NCBI GenBank assembly: GCA_951406725.2
Contig: OX597816.1
Location: forward strand, 8,804,001 to 8,868,000
Source: Octopus vulgaris
Taxonomy: Eukaryota
Direction: 5' to 3'
DNA: 64,000 bases
The first letter of the stretch is position 1. The number at the start of each line of letters is the position of its first letter. The translations under genes were made by a program, and so were the position numbers. Positions 53,506 through 64,000 of the stretch are shown one piece after another. Below the pieces are notes generated by a model. It saw only the letters and a list, made by a program, of their open reading frames with translations. It searched no databases and was not told the origin of the DNA.

Positions 53506-56500
53506 GGGAAGCTTTATGAAAATAAACAAAAGACGAAGGCAGGTGGAATATAAACAAAGAATTGTATTAGTATGACGCTCAGGAATATAAATAAAACAAG
53601 TCTTTTACGTTTCGAGCCTACGCTCTTCAACAGAAAGATACACAGAAAAGAAACACAGAAATAAATAAGGAGAGAAAAAAATGCGTGCAGAGGCTAGCGA
53701 ATCAACATGGATATACATCAAAGGAAAATTAACTGAGAAGATAGCTTTCGTGTGCGGCAATAGACACCACAGATACTCAGAAATCAGATTCCACCACACT
53801 CCAGGGGAAGAAACTAGAAGTAGTTGATAGCTTCCACTACCGAAGTGACCAAGTTAGTAGTGGGGGTGGATGCTCAGTGAGTTTTACTACAAGAATAAGA
53901 ATAGCCTGGGAAAAGTTTAGAAAGCTTCTTCACCTACTGACGACAAAGGGTCTCTTGCTCAGAGTCAAAGGTAGATTGTACGACGCATGTGTGCAAACTG
54001 CCATGCTTCATGGCAGTGAAACATGGGCCGTGACTGCTGAGGACATGGCTCGCAGGACGGCCTGTTGTGCCAACCTTGGATCGTAGGGCGACCTGCTGTG
54101 CTTGAGGAGACCTATTGAGCCAAGTACATCAACATCAAAATAAAAATCAAATGGAAATTATAGATGTGATACCTGTGCCGGTGGCACGTAAACAGCACCA
54201 TCCGAACATGGCCGATGCTTATTTCAACTATGCTTTCTTTTAATATCCCATAAGATTAAATAAGAAGAAAATAAAGCTCAATATAAACCTTGATAGACAT
54301 TTAAGACAACCAGTGACTTAAAAAAAGGAATACTCACAATGATTGGCCGAACATAGTTCTTCATTATAAATCTAGCATAGTAATTCTTTATCAATGAGTA
54401 TAAGCATTCTTCAGTGCCGAGAACATTCTTCATTTTCAGCTTTATACAACAAAGCACATCCAATCTGTTGGCCTGAAAAGAAAATTAAAGATAAGCTCAT
54501 GTCACTCTCCTTTTGCAATGTTGTGAACTCACCCACCCACCCACTCCCTCTCTCCAGTCCACTTCACTATGTAACAGGGGTACATGGCCACTGCCTGCCT
54601 CCCTGTCACATCTTTGTCATCACCTTTTCTCTCTCCCACCATATCAACTAACCATGTTTCTCTTCTAATGTAATACACCTTTTTCTCTCCTTCAATAATA
54701 CTGCTCCTCCAAGTTCAGGGGTCTTGCCCTATATGTTACTTGGAGACCTCATCGCTGCTGGTGACACATAAAAAGCACCCAGTACACTCTGTAAAGTGGT
54801 TGGCATTAGGAAGGGCATCCAATCATAGAAACCATGCAAAAACAGACAGCAGAGCTTGGTGCAGTCTTCTGACTGTGCCAGTTCCTGTCAAAATGTCCAA
54901 CCCAAGCCAGCATGGGAAGTAGAAGTTAAATGATGATGAAATAAATTTTCATTTAATGAATATCTTCAGCAACATTAAAATCTTATTCAATATTACATTA
55001 GTGCCACCTGACTGGTGCCAGTGCTGGTGGCACATACAAAGCACCATTCAAGTATGGTTGGTGCCAGTGCCGCCTGACTGGCTCCCATGCAGGTGGCACG
55101 TAAAAGCACAAACTATACTCTTGGAGTGGTTGGCTTTAGGAAACCTTGCCAAATCAGCTTGGAGCCTGGCACCCCCCGGCTTGCCAGTTCTCAGTCAGAC
55201 TGTCCAACCCATGCCAGCATAGAAAGCAGATATTAAATGATGACAATTTATTATTTAATACCATGTAGTTATAAATTCGTGAAGGTATTCTGGGCAATTT
55301 TGCTTTAATCATTGTTTTAACAGCCACTTTTCCATGTTTGTATGGGGCCATACAGATTTTCTACTACCAGATATCTTTCCTCTCATCAACCATCACTTGA
55401 TTCTATGCAAGGTTGTCACCATCATCATTTAGCATCCATTTTCTATGCTGGCACGAGTTGGTCATCTTGACAGGACCTAGCAAAGCCAGGATCCAAAGCA
55501 AGTTCCATTTCTACAGCTAAATGCCGTTCCTAACACCAACCACTTTACAGAGTGGACTGGGTGCTTTTAATGTGGCACCAGCACCACAAGGGTCACCAAA
55601 TACCTTGCAAGACAAAAATCCCTTAACTAGGAGTAGGGAAGTTGTATTGAGGGGGTGTAATTTTGTGCTGGTTGAGAGATTTAAGGGATAGATATAGCTG
55701 TTTTACTGCAGAGGAGGTACATGGTAAAGGTGATATTTCTCCATAGCTGAAATTGGTTTCACAGAAGAATGGAAATGAATAACATATTTGTTTCAGTTTC
55801 CATCTAGCAAATTCACTTACAAGGCTTTGCTTGGCCCAAGTCTACAGCAGAAGACACTTCCCTAAGGTGCTATCCATGGGACTGAACCTGAAACATCATC
55901 ACCATCATTGTTTAACGTCTGCTTTCCATGCTAGCATGGGTTGGACGATTTTGACTGAGGACTGGCAAACCAGATGGCTGCACCAGACTCCAATCTGATC
56001 TGGCAGAGTTTCTACTGCTGGATGCCCTTCCTAACACCAACCACTCCGAGAGTGTAGTGGGTGCTTTTTACGTGCCACCAGTACGAACCATGAAGTTAAC
56101 TTCTAATTACACAGCCATGCCTGCATCTAATGGTGCTGGGGACAATTCAGCAGAGAGATTTCCCATTGACATCTCCAAATCAAACCTCCAATTTTACAGT
56201 GGATCCTCCTGTTAACGCAAGTAATTTTTAATCTCCAAAACAACTTACTTTTTGTCGCTTTGCATCTAATGCCATTAAACTGATAAAGCAGGTGATCTGT
56301 AGAGCGAAATCACAGAAGACAGCCATTCCAGCATAGAGCGAAAACATTCGGACAGCAGGCATTGTAGTGAGAGCACCTAAATAGAATGAAAACATGGGTG
56401 ACTAAATATTTACATTATATTTATCATTTTAGAAAATACTAGCAGTATCGCCCGGCGTTGCTCGGGTTTGTAAGGGAAATAACTATATAAGCATTTTTAG

Positions 56501-59500
56501 AGATGTAAAGTATAATAGCCATCTCAAAATGGCTAACCACAAAGGGGGGGGGGGGGGTGTTACTGTAGCTTTTTACGTTCTGAGATTTAATAATAAATTT
56601 TTAGAGCGTTACTTCCCTTATATATGCCAAAAATACATTAAAAATGGTAAAAATTGATGGTAAATTTTTTTTTAAATTGTAGACTCACGCTAATACCCAG
56701 AAGGGCTCGATATGAATCACGACTTCACTGAGGTAGTCTTTGCCTTTCATACTTTTGGGGATCAATAAATTAAGTACCAGTGAAGCAATATAATTGACTA
56801 GTTCCTTCTCCAAAATTTCAGGCCCTGTGTCTATAGTAGAAACGATTATTAATGAATTGGTAGGATGATTAGCATGTCACCAAACTGCCTTATGATATTT
56901 ACATAGAGTTCTTTACAGTCTGAGTTGAAAAATGGCCGGAAACAACTTTGCTTTATCTCTCTGGGGTCAATAACATAAAGCAGCAGTCAACTACAAGGGA
57001 ATCAATGCACCTCCCCTCAAAACTCTTGCAAGGCTGACAAGATTGTTGAGGTATGACAAAAAGAGAAATATGTGCCTCAGAAGGGATGGGCAAGGCTTGT
57101 GTACAACTAGCAGGTTCAGGGGAGAAAAGAAATGTAGTAATGGTTAAAAAAAAACAACAACTGGATAACGAACCCTCAACCCTTTGCTTACCTATCCAGT
57201 TAACCAGCTTCAAGATTCAAAGACTAAGGTGGAGAATAACACCCAGTCCCTCAAAAACTCAATCTCTTCTAATCAGTTAATATGATTCTTTCAAGATACT
57301 ACAGCAATTAATATGTTTTAATTACACTTACCTAATAAGAAAGCTACCGATTCAGAAAGACTGGTAAGCAGCATACTTGGACCAATTTTACCAACAATTC
57401 TTCCAATTTTGCACTCAAACATTTCATCTGGGTCACCTACATCACGCTAAAAGGACAAAACAAATTTCAAGTTTAAGTGACCTATGACAGCTGTATTTAC
57501 ACAATGATATTTTCACCATTATTTTAAGGTCTGCTCTTTTTTAAATTCAGGATGTGAAAGCAAGTGGCCAAGTGGTGAAAGTGTGGCACTCACAATCATA
57601 AAATCACGGTTTCATTTCATAGACTGAGCAATGTACTGTGTCCTTGAGCAAACCACTTCATTTCATATTGCTACTCCAGTCCACTCAGCTGTTAATGAGC
57701 AACCACACAACGGACTGGTAAGTTAAGCCTGTGATGGACCTGCGTCTCATGAAGGGGGAGATGCACTTCCAGTCACTTCCACACCATGAAGACCAGTTTA
57801 AGATTTGGCATTATGTGTTCCAGGGATCATGACTGAGTCTGAGCCATGATAGGACTGAGCCAGTCTACTACACAGAACCTAGACTCTCTGCCATTTGATC
57901 TGTGAGGCCCAATATTCTCAGACTTAGGCTATCTGTTTGCACCCAAAACTTCACAAAGTGGAACAAGTTATTTTGCTATGGCAAGGGAGCAAAGTCTGAC
58001 TTTTCAGGCAGAGCCATTCAATGCAATTTCACCAGCTCCTGCTACTGTAGGCACAAGGAAATCTTTCATTTAGCATGGAATTTTCATCCACAATTAGAAA
58101 TGCGAACGTGAAGTTAGTGAAGAGAATTCAAGTTAAAATCACGCAGAGGAGTCATAAACGAAGTTCAACTTCATTAAAAGTGGTAAGTTTCTATAAAAAG
58201 ACTTTTGTTTCAATCAGTTTTGAAAATAACAAAGAAATCAGTAAAATAATTTTGCCACTATTAACCCTTTAGTATTAAAACTGGCCATACACTGGCTCTA
58301 TGTTCAAACTGGCCAAGTTTGGCCCCTCACATCTACTCAACAATGTCATTCTAAAAATAAGCTGTCACATCATCAATATCTTAAAACTACAAGATAATGC
58401 ATGATTAATTTAAAATGAATAAGCATTCCGGAGATGTACTTGCAGAGCAAGTGACCTGATCTGAGATCGTGTGCTGGAACGAAAACAATTGCAGCGTGGA
58501 AGGTGTTTACAAGCCATTTAAGAAACACACAAAAACCGTAAGATTCACTTCAACATTCAAATTTAATTTGTCAAAATATTTTCGGCGCTTTAAGACCGCG
58601 ACCTGTTCACTGACAAAATTCTGTGCTGCATTCCATTTGACAGAATATCCAAATGCAAAAGGGTTAAGCTGGTGTTTCAAACTTAAGTTTATATGAAATT
58701 TTGATGGAGGGTTTTAATTTAAATCACTTTAACACAAGTTTATAGCATAAAATGAAGGGCAAATTTTAAAAGTGGGTTGGTATGAAAACAGTAAATCTGT
58801 AACAGGAATAATTTCTGTTGTGTCTGGGGAGAGTCATTTTCTTTTTGTGCCTTATAATGTAACACACTCACCGGCAAAATTTCCACTTATTTCTTATTTT
58901 TATATTCCTAAAATTTTTGTTGCATCTTGAGAGTCAAGACTATTGAAAAGGTTGCAAAACGCAACAAAAATTTTAGGAAAATAAAAATAAGAAAAAAAGT
59001 GGAAATTTTACCGGTGAGTGTGTTACATTATAAGGCAAAAAAGAAAATGACTCTCCCCAGACACAACAGAATATGCTTCAACACACAAACTCATATAAAG
59101 AATCTTGCAAACCAAATCCAAAAAAGGAATAATTTCAACATGAAGAAATGCAGATGTTGGTGCAAATATCTGAAAGAGACATTGATTTAAATCCTATGAG
59201 TGACAAGAACGGACACTTACCTGTAATGCTTGCACAAGAATAAAGATGTTGTCAACTCCGACAGCCAGTACTAAAAATGGTACGACTTCAATAATGATAA
59301 GGGTGGCTGGCTGACCAATGTAGCTGAAGATGCCAAGAGACATCATCACAGACAGAAATACAATGACAACTCCTCCAAGACCGAGGGTAATTTTGGAATC
59401 AACCTGAAAACAGAAACCAAACTTAGTATATGTTTCTTTTACTACCCACAAGGGGCTAAACATTGAGGGGACAAACAAGGACAGACAAACGGATTAAGTT

Positions 59501-61764
59501 GATTACATCGACTCCAGTGCGTAACTGGTACTTAATTTATCGACCCCGAAAGGATGAGAGGCAAAGTCGGACTCGGCGGAATTTGAACTCAGAACCTAAC
59601 GGCAGACGAAATACGGCTACGCATTTCGCCCGGCGTGCTAACGACTCTGCCAGCTCACCGCCTTAAGCAAACTTAGTATAAAAGAAAACAAACTAGTATC
59701 ATCATCAGTCAACATCTGTTTTCCATGCTGGCAAGTGTTGGACAGTTTGACTGGAGCTGGCAAGATGGAGACCTGAACCAAGTTCTGGTAGTCTGCTTTG
59801 GCATGGTTCCTATGGTGAGATGCCCTCCTTAGCACCAACTACTTTACAGAGTGAACTGGGTGCTTTTTCCAATGGCACTGGCTCAGATGTCGTTTATTAT
59901 CATGATGATGATCATCATCATCATTGTCATCCTTTTAACATCCTCTTTTCCATACTTGTAGGAGTCAGATAGGGTTTGCTGAGGCTGATTTTCTATGACT
60001 GGGTTGGATGCCTTTCCTGTTGCCAACCCTTGCTTGCTTCCAAGAAGTAAGATATTTCCCCATAGTCAGACATGTTTTCACAGAATATTGAAAATGAATG
60101 GCATTCATGTACAAGAGTCATGTGATGTCAAAACAAGGAGACACATACACACACACACAACAGGCTTCTTTCAGTTTCCATCAACCAAGTCCACTCACAA
60201 GGTTTTGGTAGGCCCAAGACTATAATAGAAGACACTTGTCCAAGGGGCCACACAGAGGGATTGAACTCAAAACCATTTGGTTACGAAGCAAGCTTCTCAA
60301 CCACACTGCCATGCTTGCATTTACTATATAACTAAATTAGTCATTGGTACCAAAGACTAATTATATAAATGAAAATACAACTCACAAAGACTGTTCTGAC
60401 ACTGCGGAACTGTCCAAGAGCCAAGGAGATGTAGATAAACATGATTATATAACTGATCAGAATGGTGCTGACATCAGATTCACTTTCACGTTCTAGCTCG
60501 TCTTGAATGGAACGCTGCGAAAAAAAGAGAGAAAAAAATTCAGAAATTAGTTTTTTAATTAGAAGACATTTTAAAAAATATATAAGATTTTGTGAATAAG
60601 AGCTTCCTTGTTAAAAACTTTCATCCCTTAGGCATTAGTCTTGAGTCCTGGGACTTATAGGGTCAGTTATCCAGATTCCATGGCATGTAAATGACTGAGA
60701 TCACATGTCCCCCTGGATAGGATACTAGCCCATTGCGGGGTGAACTCATTTACATTGGAATGAACAGGGGCAGCATGAAATAAAGTGTTTTGCTCAGGAA
60801 CGCAACACACTGCCCAGCCCATGAATTGAAACCACATCGTGATCTTGTGAACCCAGAATAATGAGACTAAGATATAAGAAATTCATAAACAAGCATAACA
60901 CACGAGCATTCCCATCATCAGCCGCCCAAACAGACATCATTATGGTTTTGAAACATGGGCTGGGCAGTATCATTCAGTCCAGTGGTGTCCACAACGTCAG
61001 AAATATAAACACTGCCTCAGAATCTACCTTAATTAGAATCTTTAATAACCAATTACTAATGAGCATACCAAAACTAACAACAGATTTTTTACAACTGAAC
61101 ATCATCACCATTTTAATGTCCACTTTTCTGTGCTTGCATGGGTCAGATGGAATCTGTTGAGGTAGATTTTCTATGGCTGGATGCCCTTTCTGTCACCAAT
61201 CCTCACCTGTTTCCAAACAAGGGAATATTTCCTCATGGCCAGACATGTTTTCACAGAATACTGTGACATCTACACTCATTTACAACTATCAGGCAATGTC
61301 TAGGTAAGAAGATACAAAGAAACACACCCACACGTACACAAACATACACGCATGAGGCTTTCATCGACCTATGGCTACTGTGGAGGACACTTGCCCAAAG
61401 TACCATGCAATGGGATTGAACCTGGGAAGCAACCTTCTTAACCACACAGCAGCACTTGTATAATGTAGCTACATACATTTGTTTTAGACAATCTTAGGAT
61501 TCGGTAAGCCCATATATTCAAGTCAAATCTCGATAATTTTTAAATCCATCACAATAATTTTAATTGGTTAAATCATGGTTAAAACTTTGAAGATATTAAT
61601 TACCTCTGCAGAGAAAGAGATTGTCATATTTGGATTGGAATAATTTTTCAGAAAGTCAATATATTTTTTCTCCCATGCAGCTGCTTTGGCAATCTTACCA
61701 TCATCAAGATAGTTGTTGACAATAAAAGTGATGATAAAAGCAGTGGCATTCTTCACATTATTAT
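32771..61764 (-). CDS. NPC1: Niemann-Pick C1 cholesterol transporter, 5'-partial (16 coding exons in window, 2186 nt spliced, ~728 aa; N-terminus beyond right edge)
   Basis: 16 GT-AG exons join in one open frame. The peptide follows the NPC1 sequence as I know it: [20 protein letters not shown], sterol-sensing domain [68 protein letters not shown]. Confidence 0.96.
35653..35815 (-). CDS. NPC1: NPC1 exon (163 bp) [12 protein letters not shown]...[16 protein letters not shown]
   Basis: ttcag| ... |gtaag. Confidence 0.95.
35838..36355 (-). mobile_element. CR1-clade LINE 3' end, second family
   Basis: [43 protein letters not shown]; (TAAC)n tail. Confidence 0.88.
36590..36809. mobile_element. 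piggyBac-type MITE family 1 (~220 bp; others 7963-8183, 9330-9552, 24623-24990, 45980-46198, 47549-47770)
   Basis: TTAA|CCCTTTCGTTAC ... GTAACAAAAGGG|TTAA; several near-identical copies. Confidence 0.85.
37269..37382 (-). CDS. NPC1: NPC1 exon (114 bp) [16 protein letters not shown]...AHTGSS
   Basis: ttttgcag| ... |gtaag. Confidence 0.95.
38966..39209 (+). mobile_element. 5'-truncated RTE LINE with 11-bp TSD
   Basis: TSD TGTATCAAAGT at 38955-38965 and 39210-39220. Confidence 0.88.
40596..40827 (-). CDS. NPC1: NPC1 exon (232 bp) [14 protein letters not shown]...[11 protein letters not shown]
   Basis: tttccag| ... |gtaag. Confidence 0.95.
41592..41911 (-). mobile_element. tRNA-derived SINE family D with 12-bp TSD (similar heads at 49203, 27598, 57555)
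   Basis: A box TGGCCTAGTGG, B box GGTTCGAATC; TSD ATAGGTATTTAT at 41580-41591 and 41912-41923. Confidence 0.85.
42725..42863 (-). CDS. NPC1: NPC1 exon (139 bp) [25 protein letters not shown]...KVFPY
   Basis: tttccag| ... |gtaag. Confidence 0.93.
43290..43550 (-). mobile_element. Third copy of the tRNA-HHR Penelope-derived element (NPC1 intron)
   Basis: tRNA-like head ~43485-43550; HHR AACAC-CTGATGA-A-GGCTG..CAGCC-GAAACATT at 43346-43392. Confidence 0.7.
44618..44953. repeat. Fold-back palindrome of two CR1 3' ends
   Basis: ~155-bp arms (44618-44774 and 44793-44953), 18-nt loop. Confidence 0.9.
45068..45126 (-). CDS. NPC1: NPC1 small exon (59 bp) [19 protein letters not shown]
   Basis: ttttgcag| ... 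|gtgag; completes the KGGHxAY motif and keeps frame. Confidence 0.9.
47064..47187 (-). CDS. NPC1: NPC1 exon (124 bp) [10 protein letters not shown]...[13 protein letters not shown]
   Basis: tttacag| ... |gtgag. Confidence 0.92.
48681..48900. repeat. 67-bp minisatellite, ~3.3 near-identical units inside a family C element
   Basis: Units start at 48681, 48749, 48816, 48883. Confidence 0.85.
49011..49132 (-). CDS. NPC1: NPC1 exon (122 bp) [41 protein letters not shown]
   Basis: Poly-T + gaaag| acceptor, |gtaatt donor; Cys-rich C-terminal luminal domain. Confidence 0.92.
49730..50225 (+). mobile_element. Probable non-LTR element 3' region ending in (AAT)n
   Basis: GC-richer block bounded by AAT repeats; family not identified. 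Confidence 0.4.
50327..50517 (-). CDS. NPC1: NPC1 exon (191 bp) [25 protein letters not shown]...SMQQN
   Basis: tttcag| ... |gtaag. Confidence 0.94.
52313..52692 (+). mobile_element. Non-autonomous Helitron (relatives 46492-46886 +, ~36815-37200 -, ~56439-56720 -)
   Basis: A|TC start, subterminal hairpin CCCGAGCAATGCCGGG, CTAG|T end, no TSD. Confidence 0.82.
53013..53102 (-). CDS. NPC1: NPC1 exon (90 bp) [30 protein letters not shown]
   Basis: ttgcag| ... |gtaag; [10 protein letters not shown] motif. Confidence 0.93.
53601..53638 (-). ncRNA. Minimal hammerhead ribozyme, A6U variant (copies at 53291-53327 and 28952-28988)
   Basis: TCTTT-CTGTTGA-A-GAGC gtag GCTC-GAAA-CGT-A-AAAGA. Confidence 0.62.
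53740..54050 (+). mobile_element. RTE-clade LINE reverse-transcriptase fragment (different family)
   Basis: [12 protein letters not shown]...[20 protein letters not shown]. Confidence 0.8.
54338..54472 (-). CDS. NPC1: NPC1 exon (135 bp) [11 protein letters not shown]...YVRPII
   Basis: cttttcag| ... |gtgag. Confidence 0.92.
56249..56376 (-). CDS. NPC1: NPC1 exon (128 bp) [42 protein letters not shown]
   Basis: ttag| ... |gtaag; end of the sterol-sensing domain. Confidence 0.93.
57332..57446 (-). CDS. NPC1: NPC1 exon (115 bp) [39 protein letters not shown]
   Basis: ttttag| ... |gtaag; sterol-sensing domain. Confidence 0.93.
58567..58617 (-). ncRNA. Minimal hammerhead ribozyme, G3-C8 core variant (second copy + strand 15254-15304)
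   Basis: TTTGTCA-GTGAACA-stem II-GAAA-ATATT-T-TGACAAA; 7-bp stem I, palindrome AAUAUU. Confidence 0.62.
58811..59071. repeat. Long inverted repeat (~115-bp arms)
   Basis: TTCTGTTGTGTCTGGGGAGAGTCAT... / ...ATGACTCTCCCCAGACACAACAGAA. Confidence 0.88.
59221..59403 (-). CDS. NPC1: NPC1 exon (183 bp) [11 protein letters not shown]...[21 protein letters not shown]
   Basis: ttttcag| ... |gtaag; sterol-sensing domain core. Confidence 0.95.
60386..60514 (-). CDS. NPC1: NPC1 exon (129 bp) [43 protein letters not shown]
   Basis: tcgcag| ... |gtgag; start of the sterol-sensing domain. Confidence 0.93.
61604..61764 (-). CDS. NPC1: NPC1 exon (161 bp) [54 protein letters not shown]
   Basis: Acceptor ctgcag|, donor |gtaatt; end of the middle luminal domain. 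Confidence 0.92.
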
Positions 61765-62744
61765 CTGCAGATGAAAAAACAGAAAAGTAAAGTTTTTAAA
61801 TGATTACGAAGAGAAGAAATCTTTAACAGAAAGACTAGAAAGCAGGCAAACTGGTAATTGCAATAACCAGAGGAAAAAACGAAAAAGGAAGCTGAAACCT
61901 TTTCATAATTGCTAACTGGTCAGACATAATGACTGAACCCTCATAACGTCACATGATTGGTTGGTGAAGCAACCAATCAGCACCAAGCCATTGCACGATT
62001 CAACCTTCTAGAATTTTCTGCTTGCATCCCATACAAAACCACTTTCATCATCGTTTAACGTCCGTTTTCCATGCTAGCATGGGTTGGATGGTTCGACCGG
62101 GGTCTGGGAAGCCAGAAGGCTGCACCAGGCTCCAGTCTGATCTGGCAGTGTTTCTACAGCTGGATGCCCTTCCTAATGCCAACCACTCCATAAGTGTAGT
62201 GTGTGCTTTTTACGTACCACCGGCACAGGTTCCAGGCGAGGCTGGCAATGGCTACGATCAGTTGGTGCTTTTTACGTGCCACCGGCATGGAAGCCAGTCA
62301 AGGCAGCGCTGGCATTGGCCACGTTCGGATGGTGCTTTTTACGTGCCACCGGCACAGGGATCACAACTACAATTTCCATTGATTTTTGATGTTGATGTAC
62401 TTGACTCAATAGGTCTCCTCAAGCACAGGGTCGAAACGGCGTTTCTTTACTTGCCACCTGCACAGGAGTCAGTCCAGCGGCACTGGCAACAGCCGGGTGC
62501 CAGTCAACAAATTTGGTTCAATTTCGATTTCACTTGCCCCAACAGGTCTTTGCAAGCAGAGTTTAGTGTCCAATGAAGGGAGGTTGGCATGGGTGGCAGT
62601 CATCGGATGTGGTTTGATTTCAAATTCAATTTCGATTTCACAGGTCTTCGCAAGCAAAGTTTTGTGTCCAAAGAAGAAAAGGTATGCATAAGTGGGCTGG
62701 CTACATCCCTGGCAAAGGTCACGGGTTATGGACTCACTTGTCCT

Positions 62745-63370
62745 GCCGTCTTAACTCTTTGCAGAGTGTTCAGACTCATTCACACCTCTCACCTCTTGCC
62801 AGGCAGAATGTTGAGGCAGCTGCGTAATGTGTCTCCATTCTTGCCACAGACAGACGACAGGAATCTCTGTTGCCACAAGCATAGCACAATAGTTTCCCGT
62901 TATGGTGGGCCAGCTACAGATTGCTGTATCAATAAACTTGTCAACTCAAAGGAATCGAGCAAAAGGGATTGCAACAGGTCAATTCATCTCCAGACGTGGG
63001 CTGGTGAATTACTTCGCCGCCCATCTGGAGAGGAGGAGCCTGCCGCAAAGAGTGTTTGGAAAAAGATGGACAACAGTGGCAAGAAAGATGAGAATGCATG
63101 AGGCTGTGCTTGCACGGTCGGTCGGAGCATAAAAGGAAGGAAAAAGATTACCAAAAAGGGATAACCAACCGGCAGGTTAACTCACTAACCTGGACCCAAA
63201 ACTCATCCAAACATCATTTATATTTATATTTTTAACCCTCATTCACAATATATGTAAATCCATCCGGTTTTTCACACTGTATGTAAGAAGCGAGTTTGTA
63301 CCCTGAATGTCCCTTGTCTGTCCTTGTATTGTCCCCTCTATGTAAAACCTTTATTGGTAAATAAAGAAAT
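62745..63370 (+). mobile_element. Degenerate L1/Tx1-like LINE 3' end
   Basis: Frameshifted ORF2-like tail (RAKGIATGQFISRRGLVNYF..HL..VFGKRW), then a 3'UTR ending AATAAAGAAATA. Confidence 0.5.
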
Positions 63371-64000
63371 ATCTCCCTTTCAGTATGTAATTATTGCTGT
63401 TGTTATTTATAAAAGACCAACACAAGTTAACTCTATGGGTAACAATAAGATCTTCTGTTAAATGTTTGCAAGTGTTGCTGGTTCATGCAGCCCAAGAAAC
63501 ACTTTTCCATTCATCAATTCAACCAGTCACCACCTCAGACCAACCAACAAACACTCTTGGACGAAATGAAATTTAGCTGATACTGCTTGCAAAGACCAGT
63601 TGAGGCAAGTGAAATCGAAGTCGAAATCAAACTCGGTGACTGGCATCCGTTGCTAGTGGAGTGCTAAGAGTACCATACGAGTGAGTTCGTTGCCAGAGCA
63701 ACAAGCTGGCCTTCGTGTTGATGGCACGTTAAGCACGCCATTCGAGCGTGATCGTCACCGCGTCACCTTACTAGCACTTGTGCTGGTGGCACGTGAAACA
63801 TTCGAGTGAGGTTGTTGCCAGTGCTGATGGACTGGCTCCTGTGCAGGTGGCACGTAAAAAGCACCATTTGTGTGATGACGACACTTGCTTACAACAAACA
63901 TGCACACATACAGGACCGGCCCTAGGGTTGCTGGCACCACAGGCAAGCAGAACATTAGCATGTACAAGGTTTTTTTTTTCTTTAAGCTTGGTACTTGTTC

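Noticed and set aside
40596-59403. Assignment as Patched, SCAP or NPC1L1
   Set aside because: The sterol-sensing domain plus the Cys-rich luminal domain motifs follow NPC1, and NPC1L1 is a vertebrate paralog.
62022-62576. 184-aa ORF
   Set aside because: Lies entirely within a family C SINE inside an NPC1 intron.

Overview
AT-rich, repeat-dense animal genomic DNA. The SINE/LINE families resemble those I recall from octopus (coleoid cephalopod) genomes; this is an inference. Two protein-coding genes can be reconstructed by hand from GT-AG splice sites and reading frame. (1) A complete MFS transporter of the MFSD4/NAGLT1 type on + with 3 coding exons (22071-24016, 437 aa). (2) The 3' ~60% of a Niemann-Pick C1 (NPC1) gene on - (16 exons, 61764 down to the stop at 32771, ~728 aa), whose 5' part lies beyond the right edge. 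The rest is tRNA-derived SINEs, CR1/RTE/Tx1-like LINE fragments, non-autonomous Helitrons, piggyBac-type MITEs, mariner and hAT fossils, and microsatellites. The most striking unannotated signal is a dispersed set of about 8 unrelated short repeat types that each carry a minimal hammerhead ribozyme (HHR) fold of the Penelope-like element (PLE) type. Their cores covary at the 3-8 pair (C3-G8, U3-A8, G3-C8), and many sit in long inverted repeats. In one family the HHR follows a tRNA-like Pol III module placed right behind a PLE GIY-YIG ORF. All folds were read by eye and none is experimentally tested.
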